Below are positions 53,740 through 64,000 of a stretch of 64,000 bases of DNA, in pieces. Source of the DNA: Paraspadella gotoi (taxonomy: Eukaryota; Animalia; Chaetognatha). Every line of letters starts with the position of its first letter. Within the stretch, counting starts at the first letter, position 1. The translations under genes and the position numbers were made by a program. The DNA lies in NCBI GenBank assembly GCA_051294375.1, contig CM119265.1, positions 5,386,355-5,450,354 of the forward strand, given 5' to 3'. The notes under the pieces are model-generated. The model was not told where the DNA came from and ran no database searches. It was given only the letters and a program-made list of their open reading frames with translations.

Positions 53740-56700
53740 TCAAAGTTTGATAAAAGGCGACGAATATTTCGTCCGGTACGATTTGGGATACAAATCCGCG
53801 CCGGGAATCGTGTAGACCGGCGTCATGACTCTCTTTCCCTTGCCTCCTTTGTCATCGGCGTCAGCGTTCGTTTCCAATCGATCCAACGGGGGCGCCGTCG
53901 TGTTTTTTTCCTCCTCGACGTCCGAAGCATCACTGCCGCGTCGCTCAGGTCTCTTTTTCCTGTGAAAAAACCGCGTAAGTGAATGAATTCATTCGTTATA
54001 TGTCTGTTTCGCTACTTCGTGTTGAAATATTAAAACAATAAAGGATAAAAGGATTAAAACCTTTAAATATTAAATACTCAGTTAATTATTTGAAAATTAA
54101 TATCGATATTAAAACACAAACGTTACGTACTAAAACGAATGAAAAATTCTTAATTTGTTCACACTCTTTTAAACTAATAATATATCCAATTTTATTCGAA
54201 TACAACAAGGTTGATTCAGTTCAATCATCATCAACAAACAAATATAGACTAAGTCTGTGCAAACGAAAAACATAATAAAATAGAGAGGAAAAAAAAACAC
54301 TAATGAACACTAATGAAAATTATTGTAATAAAACTACGCAATTTTCGCATAGAGTTTCGTACATATAATACATAATATATAATATTATGTAATATATATC
54401 ACTCAAAAACAAATGAAATACATAGCTTTGCGCAAAGTTTCCCGACGATGGCAAATGAGAGAGACTAAGGAAACCAACATATGGCAAAAAACACTCTTGC
54501 TATCCAATTCCAATTTCGTTGGCTCGCATTCTGCGAAGCGAATAGAAAGGGTTTACTTATAAAATATTTAAAAAAAAGCTAAAGAAGATATCTCACTTGC
54601 TATTTTGTCATGACAATGGCACCACCTGATAACATCTGCGTCCACAACAAATTTATATTCGCGCTTTATTCAAGATCATTCCTAGAGTCGTTAAGAACAT
54701 TATATTGGTTGTACCAAATTCTCACCAGTGTGGCGGTATATTCACACCGCCTCACGTCCACCATCTTCAGCCAAATCCATTGGTCAGAAGGGAAACACAC
54801 CATCCCAAGTGATGAGTGTTCCATCCACAGTCCTAACGACTTCCCTCTGCATTGGCAAAGCGAGACCGTCCTAGGGTAACCGCGCCAGTGACTGGAGGCG
54901 TCACTGAGGGTCGGAAGCCCCAAAGCCAACAGTGAGATGCCCCATCCCAATGGGCATCACAGGCAACCCGGCTGTTGCCATAAGTGGTGAGCCCTACTAT
55001 CGAACACGCAACCTTCTCAGGGTAGCTACGACAAACGCCTATGCCCTGCCGAACTTTGGTACGCTATGACAAACGCCTATGCCCCTGGGGTATGCTACGA
55101 CAAAACGCCTATGCCCCCACAACTCGCGCTCTCTCTCTCTATCTCCCACTATGGTAACAGTCTTGTCAAGACACCTCTCAGGCTTTGAGAAACCTGAGTG
55201 ATGTCTTGGCCGGGGATCCTGTGCGGTATATTCAACACTGCCTCACGTCCACCATCTTTCAGCCAAACCCATTGCTCAGAGGGGAACACACCATCCAAGT
55301 GTAGTGTTCCATCCACAGTCCTAACGACTTCCCTCTGCGTTGGCAAAGCGAGACCGTCCTAGGGTAACCGCGCCAGTGACTGGAGGCGTCACTGAGGGTC
55401 GGAAGCCCCCAAAGCCAACAGTTGAGATGCCCCATCCAATGGGCATCACAGGCAACCCGGCTGTTGCCATACCGGACGGTTTTTTCCCGTAACATAACTT
55501 TCCGCAGATCTTAATGAGGTCGCATTGCTGGCTGACATTCTTTACGCAACCGTTGCAATCGTAACACCCAAATTTGCTGCAGCCGTAAATTGGTACCTTG
55601 TCCCAACTTCCATCGATGTTCTGGTAAAAAGGGTCAAGTTTTAAGCCAGAACGAATGAAAAATAATAATAACAGACAAAATTGGCTTGAAACCATTGTTA
55701 AGTTTTTTCTCAGCAGATATTGTCAATAAGTTTTTATAGGCGAAAATATCTTCCGCGACATGCACGGCGTTTCGACTTCATTCTGAAATAAAAAAAAGCG
55801 TTGTGTTCCTTTGTATGTCGTTGGATTTACGGTTCAAAATATAGAATTTATACATGTATTTAAATACATATACTATATAGTTTTCATTGTACAATGTACC
55901 TAACGCGTAACCAGCCGATTCCATCTGTTGGTGCGCCAACTTTAGCCCCGGTGTATTGTTGTTTTTCTTACAATACACTGACTTTTTTTCTCTTACGATC
56001 CTGTCATTATGTACGTACTTGACCGAGTCTAATCATTAGTCCGTCGTGAAGACGAGCCACCTGTTGTGAATTTGAAATGCGGCAAAATCGTTGACTAACA
56101 AAACGTAAATAAATAAACGTTAGTTTCTAGCGGTGAATGATTGATTTCATCGAAGAGTCGACGACGACCAAGCGCGAAAGACCGACGGTGACGCCGAGTC
56201 ACAGTTAACTTGTTATTAAACGCGGGTCATTTCAAGGTCAAACATCGAAATTCCTGGATGTAATTCCTTTTAAGACTCACTTGACAAAATCTCGATTGTA
56301 CGCAGACGATACGAGACAATTGTTCCATTTCTGCATTGACGATTTGGACGCGACGCTGAAGACACCAACGGGTGACACGATGCATAAGATTAAAAAAAAC
56401 AGCCAAACGGATGAATAATTTCTTTTCATATTTTTTGCGTTTTATTTCTAAGCATTTTTTTATGCGTCTTCCAGCCAACGCCCGAGGTTGAAAGAGTGCA
56501 TCGTTACGAGCAAACATTGAAATGACGCATGCGCAAATGTGCAAAGAGACGATAAGCAAAAAAGCGGAAGTAGTTAGCGAGCGCCTTTCAACGTACATTA
56601 CCTACATTTTAGCTTTATAACACACTTCTTTCCTGATGATCTAAAAAATACTTTGAATAAATACAGGAAACACGTTTGAGAAATGCAATTTAATGTAATA

Positions 56701-59700
56701 CTAAGTACGTCATCAGTAGTTCCAGTTTCATCTCAACAGACAGCCGTTTTCAAGTCCGAAGTTTGAAATTCAGAAAAGCAATGCGAAAAAAAGTACAGTA
56801 CGACAAGACAAAAAAAATCATTGGTAAGAAAAATAATTAGAGAAAACGTTTTTCAACAACAACAATTTCGATGCAGAAAATTCAAATCTTTTTGACAAGA
56901 GATACATTCAAAATAGAGAGTTAATTTAGAGGAGCGGCAATTAATCAAAAATTAATCAAAACCTTTTTAGAACATTATACTTAAATAATGTTTGCAAAAT
57001 CATTCTTCTAACAGCGTTGCGCCTCGTTTGAGAAGCGAGACTTACGTCCGAGTTGACGACACAGCTTTCCGACCAAAATCACATTCGATCTGTGGTGTAG
57101 ATCGGGATGAAAGTACTTTATTTTTATTTTAAAATTGTTTTCCGACGTTAGCCTATATTGAGTTTTAAAATTTCAAAGACAAACCTTGGAAGACGTTTTT
57201 AATGTTTTTTACAACTACTTTATTTGTAAAAACGTACATGTTTCGGCTTACATACAAGCCTTCTTCAGCGTTAACAAATTATTTGTGAATTTTAAATTGA
57301 TTTGTGCAAAAAGAAGAAGAGAGAGAGAGAGAGAAAGAGAGAAAAATAGAAGAGAGAGGGCATAGTTTCCAACACAGAGATGAAGAAAAGAATAGTGGTC
57401 AGATGTGAGGACAGGTTAAGATAAGGAACAGATTGAGTTAGATTGTGAAAAGAAATATAATGGTGAAAGGAGAAGAGAGAGAGAGAGAGAGAGCAGAGAA
57501 ATATTAGAAACAATACATTATAATAATAAAAAAACATTAAAACGTCTTCAATATGCAATCACAACGAAAAAGAAAAGAAATTCCACGATGTCTAAGACAA
57601 ATCTTATAAAAATTTTAAACAGTAATTCCGACGTTTTTATTTTTAAAAAGTCGATTTACGAAGATAAAAGTTAAATTTATCTTCGACGGGCAGCATACTC
57701 GTGAACCACACTCAAACTCTCAACTCCTCACCTTCTTGGGACAAGCTTCGACTTGGCATTGCTCCAGAGTCGGCAACTTCAACGCAGGCTCCGACGGAGC
57801 CGTCAACGTAGCAGGACCCGCGCGTTAATAACTCGAGATGAAGCGGCAGTAATTCTCCGACTGCGCCAGAGCGACGGCGACGCAGCGCCTTGTGGCCTCG
57901 GAACACGTTAGGGAAGTTACGTTAACATGTCGGACCAGCGTAGACAGGTCTTGCCGTGCGCGAGATGGACAACGTGCCGATATAAGAACGCGGTTCCGCA
58001 CGTTCAGGCATTCTGTGTTTTTCAAGCGAGAAGGTCATTCAATTTTGTGAAATTAATCTTTGTAAAAAAGGGGCTCGAAGTATTTGTGAGAAAGTAAGGA
58101 ACCTTCGATTCGACCATACTTAACCTTTTGGACAGATTGGAATATCGCAGTATTGATACTTCGTGTTGGGAACTGAAAAAAAATGAATAAAACAAAAAAA
58201 ACTTCGCTTACAATTCCGTGACAAGGAGAGCAAAATGATACGATTGTAGACAGACCCCTTCGATGTAACACCGCGGGCCCATCGGATCGTAGTCGGGATT
58301 CCTGCAGTTGTTCCTGGCTTTTTTTAGGACAGGATACTTTTCTTTATTCATTCCATCCCTCGTTTTGACGACCCCAGAGAGGTGACTCTCCGCCATGACA
58401 GGCATGTCNNNNNNNNNNNNNNNNNNNNNNNNNAAAAACGCTAAGAAGATATCTCACTTGCTATTTTGTCATGACAATGGCACCACCTGGATACATCTGC
58501 GTCCACAACAAATTTATATTCGCGCTTATTCAAGATCATTCCTAGAGTCGTTAAGAACATTATATTGGTTGTACCAAATTCTCACCAGACGGTTTTTCCC
58601 GTAACATACCTTTCCCGCAGATCTTAATGAGGTCGCATTGCTGGCTGACATTCTTTACGCAACCGTTGCAATCGTAACACCCAAATTTGCTGCAGCCGTA
58701 AATTGGTACCTTGTCCCAACTTCCATCGATGTTCTGGTAAAAAGGGTCAAGTTTTAAGCCGAACGAATGAAAATAATAATAACAGACAAAATTGGCTTGA
58801 ACCATTGTTAAGTTTTTTCTCAAGCAGATATTGTCACATAAGTTTTTATAGGCGAAATATCTTCCCGACATGCACGGCGTTTCGACTTCATTCTGAAATA
58901 AAAAAAAGCGTTGTGTTCCTTTGTATGCGTTGGATTTACGGTTCAAAATATAGAATTTATACATGTATTTAAATACATATACTATATAGTTTTCATTGTA
59001 CAATGTACATAACGCGTAACCAGCCGATTCCATCTGTTGGTGCGCCAACTTTAGCCCCGGTGTATTGTTGTTTTTCTTACAATACACTGACTTTTTTTCT
59101 CTTTACGATCCTGTCATTATGTACGTACTTGACCGAGTCTAATCATTAGTCCGTCGTGAAGACGAGCCACCTGTTGTGAATTTGAAATGCGGCAAAATCG
59201 TTGACTAACAAAACGTAAATAAATAAACGTTAGTTTCTAGCGTGAATGATGATTTCATCGAAGAGTCGACGACGACCACGCGAAAGACCGACGGTGACGC
59301 CGAGTCACAGTTAACTTGTTATTAACGCGGGTCATTTCAAGGTCAAACATCGAAATTCCTGGATGTAATTCCTTTTAAGACTCACTTGACAAAATCTCGA
59401 TTGTACGCAGGACGATACGAGACAACTTGTTCCATTTCTGCATTTGACGATTTTGGACGCGACGCTGAAGACACCAACGGGTGACTCGATGCATAAGATT
59501 AAAAAAAACAGCCAAACGGATGAATAATTTCTTTTCATATTTTTTGCGTTTTATTTCTAAGCATTTTTTTATGCGTCTTCCAGCCACGCCCGAGGTTGAA
59601 AGAGTGCATCGTTACGAGCAACATTGAAATGACGCATGCGCAATGTGCAAGAGACGATAAGCAAAAAAGCGGAAGTAGTTAGCGAGCGCCTTTCAACGTA

Positions 59701-60563
59701 CATTACCTACATTTTAGCTTATAACACACTTCTTTTCCTGATGATCTAAAAAATACTTTGAATAAATACAGGAACACGTTTGAGAAATGCAATTTAATGT
59801 AATACTAAGTACGTCATCGTAGTTCCAGTTTCATCTCCAACAGACAGGCCGTTTCAAGTCCGAAGTTTGAATTCAGAAAAGCATGCGAAAAAAAGTACAG
59901 TACGACAAGACAAAAAAAATCATTGGTAAGAAAAATAATTAGAGAAAACGTTTTTCACAACCAACAATTTCGATGCAGAAAATTCAAATCTTTTTTGACA
60001 AGAGATACATTCAAAATAGAGAGTTAATTTAGAGGAGCGGCAATTAATCAAAAATTAATCAAAACCTTTTTAGAACATTATACTTAAATAATGTTGCAAA
60101 ATCATTCTTCTAACAGCGTTGCGCCTCGTTTGAGAAGCGAGACTTCGTCCGAGTTGACGACACGCTTTCCGACCAAAATCACATTCGGATCTGTGGTGTA
60201 GATCGGGATGAAAGTACTTTATTTTTATTTAAAATTGTTTTCCGACGTTAGCCTATATTGAGTTTTAAATTTCAAGACAAACCTTGGAAGACGTTTTTAA
60301 TGTTTTTCTACAACTACTTTATTTGTAAAAACGTACATGTTTCGGCTTACATACAAGCCTTCTTCAGCGTTAACAAATTATTTGTGAATTTTTAAATTGA
60401 TTTGTGCAAAAGAAGAAGAGAGAGAGAGAGAGAAAGAGAGAAAAATAGAGAGAGAGGGCATAGTTTCCAACACAGAGATGAGAAAAGAATAGTGGTCAGA
60501 TGTGAGGACAGGTTAAGATAAGGACAGATTGAGTTAGATTGTGAAAAGAAATTAAATGGTGAA

Positions 60564-60602
<39 letters not shown>

Positions 60603-62431
60603 AATATTAGAAACAATACATTATAATAATAAAAAAACATTAAAAACGTCTTCCAATATGCAATCACAACGAAAAAGAAAAAGAAATTCACGATGTCTAA
60701 GACAAATCTTATAAAAATTTTAACGTAATTCCGACGTTTTTATTTTTAAAAGTCGATTTACGAAGATAAAAGTTTAAATTTATCTCTCGACGGCAGCATA
60801 CTCGTGACCACACTCAAACTCTCAAACTCCTCACCTTCTTTGGGACAAGCTTCGACTTGGCATTGCTCCAGAGTCGGCAACTTCAACGCAGGCTCCGACG
60901 GAGCCGTCACGTAGCAGGCCACCGCGTTAATACTCGAGATGAAGCGGCAGTAATTCTCCGACTGCGCCAGAGCGACGCGACGCAGCGCCTTGTGGCCTCG
61001 GAACACGTTAGGGAAGTTACGTAACATGTCGGACCAGCGTAGACAGGTCTTGCCCGTGCGCGAGATGGACAACGTGCCGATATAAGAACGCGGGTTCCGC
61101 ACGTTCAGGCATTCTGTGTTTTTCAAGCGAGAAGGTCATTCAATTTTGTGAAATAATCTTTGTAAAAAGGGCTCGAAGTATTGTGAGAAAGTAAGGAACC
61201 TTCGGATTCGACCATACTTAACCTTTTGGACAGATTGGAATATCGCAGTATTGATACTTCGTGTTGGGAACTGAAAAAAAATGAATAAAAAAAACAAAAA
61301 ACTTCGTTACAATTCCGTGACAAGGAGAGCAAAATGATACGATTGTAGACAGACCCCCTTCGATGTAACACCACGGGCCCATCGGATCGTAGTCGGGATT
61401 CCTGCAGTTGTTCCTGGCTTTTTTTAGGACAGGATACTTCTTTATCAATTCATCCTCGGTTTTGACGACCCCCAGAGAGGTGACGGTCTCCGCCCATGAC
61501 AGGCATGTCAGTCCCGATTTGGTCGTGTTCTTGGTACCGCCGTAGGTGTCACCCAAACGGGTTCGCTTGCATTCTAAGTAATTTGAAAATCATTTATTGA
61601 TTTATGAACTTATTGATTTAATTATTATTTATTTATTTATTTATTTCATCACGCATAAAACGGGGTAAATCTTTTTCGCTCGAGTAAACAAAAAGATTTC
61701 GAAATCTTCTTTACCGTTTTTTTAAATTTCAGATTTTTTTTTCAGGATTTCTTTTTCTATATTTTTATTCCTGTAATTTTTTTTAAAAGAATTAATTACT
61801 AATTACTAAGGCTTTTAAATAATCTATACAAAATATCGAGAATGGTTATTTCTTTAAACCTTTCATTCAAAATTCAAGTCATTGCTATGGTAAGAAAAGA
61901 AAGAATAAGAGGAGGATGAAGCAGATGAGGTAGGGTGAAAATCAGAGAGAAGAGAGAGAGAGAGAGACGAGAGAAAAGAAGAGAGAGGTCGCGTGTGATG
62001 CTGCCACAAGAGTTAGCAATCTTTGCAGGTATAGTTGGCGGCGGTCAAACCAGAGTCATCAGAATATTTCGGAGATTAAAATTTATCGGTAAAAAGACAG
62101 ATAAATCAAAAAAGAAAAGTAAAATCAGTTAAAATCTGTCAAGAATTCTTTCAAGAAGACTGTTCTCATTTCGTGCGGGCCATACCGTGAACATATCCAT
62201 GAATTTCAGTAACGAGTTAAAGGTCTTTTTCATCCTCTTGAATTCGCCGTATGCGAACAAAAAAATTGTTTCAGGGAAAATTAAATAAAACGAAGAAAAG
62301 ATAACTTAATTCGCGAATTCCAACCTCGGTAAACGATAAAACTATTCTTTTTCGGTTTTACCCCTCGTTTTATGCCGTGATGTATTTAATTTATTTATTT
62401 ATTTATTTATTTATTTTTTATTTATTTATTT

Positions 62432-62495
<64 letters not shown>

Positions 62496-63517
62496 TATTA
62501 TTTATATTTATTTAATTTATTTTTTTTTTATATATTTATTTTATTTTTTTTTATTTTTATATTTATTTATTTTTTTTTTATTTTTATATTTATTTTAATT
62601 TTTTTTTTTATTTTTAATATATTATTTTATTTTTTTTTTATATTTATTTATTTAATTTATTTACAGATTGATTATTTATATATTTCAAATCTAGTAAGAG
62701 AAGTTTAACACTTATTTAATTTGTCCAAATTTTTTTTTTTCCAAATGAACCTTTGATAGGGGTACAAGCTTTCCCGAACGGAAAAGCGAGATTTGCATTG
62801 CGTGACAGCATTTCGTATCCCTCTTTGCATTGGCACTGAAAAAAAAATAGAAAAGGTTTTTCAAGGTGACGAAAGTTTCTCCAAATGACAACGTAAGTTT
62901 TTCCTCGAACTGAAAAAGAAAAAAACCCAAACAAAAGACAAGGGCGTCACCTCGAATCCGCCATCGTTGTTGACGCAAAGAGAATTCGTCCCCGCGGGAC
63001 AAGGAGGATTCTCAGTCGCGCATTCGTCGATGTCTCGGCAAATTCCATCGTCGTCTTGTTCGTAGCCATCGAGACACGCGCACTTGAAAGATCCTGAGTA
63101 CAAGTGAGGAATTTTAAAACCTTATCTCTCTCTCTCTCCCTCCCTCTCTCTCCCCCTCTCTCCCTCTCTCTCAATTTATCGCTCTCACCCAACGTGTTTA
63201 CGCAATTGGCGCGCGCATCGCACGCATCCGGCTGCGCGCACTCGTCCACGTCCTCGCAATCTTCCGACGCTTCTGAGGCGACAAATCCTTCCGCGCAGAT
63301 GCAATCGAAATCTCCTGGAAAATTCACGCAAACCTTCTTTCCGCCGCATCCGCCTCGAAAAAAAAAAAAAAAAGTAGACATGTGTGTGGACAACGATTAT
63401 TCGCCGAGAATCGACGTCGTCGTTTTGGGTCGTTTTGGGTCATCTGCCATCGCCTCTCTGTTTGTCCTGCGTGAACTGAAATCATTTCACTTCATTCTCT
63501 CTCTCTCTCTCTCCTCT

Positions 63518-63590
<73 letters not shown>

Positions 63591-63994
63591 CTCTCTCTGT
63601 TTTAAGATTTATCATTTACAACAGTAAAGAAGAACCGATTTTTTTTAAACTCCACTTTCTTTTATCAAGTTGTTTATCCCCATCTTTTTCCATAACCATT
63701 TGGACGCAATCTCCAAATCCTTACCCTTACCCTCTCCTCACCTTTGTTCAAAAAGTCGACCAGTTTTGGTCCGATAGATCCCGCTCCGTCATCGGCCAAC
63801 CAATCCGTCGACAAAGCGCATTCGTCGACATCGATGCAAGTCTTGTCGCCGCCCATTTGGACGAAACCCTGGTCGCATTCGCATTCGAACGAGCCGACCG
63901 TGTTGACGCAGCGGCCGCCGCTGCCGCAGGGGAGGTCGTCGCTGCACTCGTCTTTATCGCGGCAGCCTCGTCCGTCGTCGCTGTTCACGTATCC
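53740..63994 (-). CDS. Mosaic extracellular or membrane protein: Ca-binding EGF repeats, two kringles, Cys-rich region and C-terminal tail; 5' end outside the window
   Basis: cbEGF motifs DKDEC..CVNTVGSFECEC, DVDEC..CVNTLGSFKCAC, DIDEC..CVNNDGGFECQC. Kringle 1 ECKRTRLGDTYGGTKNTTKSGLTCLSW..NNCRNPDYDPMGPWCY..YQYCDIPIC. Kringle 2 ECLNVRNPRSYIGTLSISRTGKTCLRWS..ENYCR. Last exon 53959-53740. Middle exons are duplicated and indel-ridden, so linkage of the 3' exons is inferred. Confidence 0.75.
54577..61509. repeat. ~3.1-kb duplication across an N-gap (about 54577-58408 and 58434-61509)
   Basis: Colinear and near-identical from gaagatatctcacttgc to catgacaggcatgtc. The first copy additionally carries the 743-bp insertion. 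Confidence 0.95.
54729..55471 (+). mobile_element. TRIM-like miniature LTR retroelement (743 bp)
   Basis: Direct repeats 54729-54982 and 55220-55471 (tgt...gccata). PBS-like tggtgagccc 2 nt after the first LTR. 237-bp non-coding interior. Flanks ccag/ccgg. The empty site ctca-ccag-acgg is visible at ~58581-58592. Confidence 0.88.
62380..62665. repeat. (TTTA)n microsatellite / AT-only tract
   Basis: Direct inspection. Confidence 0.95.
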
Positions 63995-64000
63995 CTAGAA

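Noticed and set aside
54729-55471. Hammerhead retrozyme or Cassandra (5S) identity for the TRIM
   Set aside because: No CUGANGA plus GAAA core on either strand and no recognisable 5S sequence by eye.
54666-55495. ORFs within the TRIM (WGISLLALGLPTLSD...)
   Set aside because: Frames differ between the two LTRs and no gag/pol motifs are present.

Overview
Intron-rich, non-vertebrate animal genomic DNA with GC-rich exons, AT-rich introns, many (GA)n microsatellites and eight N-gaps. Apparent homopolymer indels suggest a draft assembly. Well-supported genes are cyclin D (-, two exons) head-to-head with ZMYND11/BS69 (+) across a CCAAT-rich promoter, and an EF-hand/WD40 WDR49-like gene (+). Also present are a type II membrane 4xEGF protein, a secreted F-type lectin with large loop insertions, a 5'-truncated Ca-EGF + 2-kringle mosaic gene (-), and two or three unassigned genes. 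Mobile DNA includes a DINE-1/HINE-like Helentron derivative, a TG..TA solo LTR, a dispersed hairpin-ended repeat, and a 743-bp TRIM-like mini LTR element. The TRIM has hairpin-chain LTRs, sits on an exon/intron junction, and is absent from the duplicate copy of the same locus. Two long tandem duplications are probably haplotype or assembly artefacts. All gene models were spliced by eye and no database searches were run.
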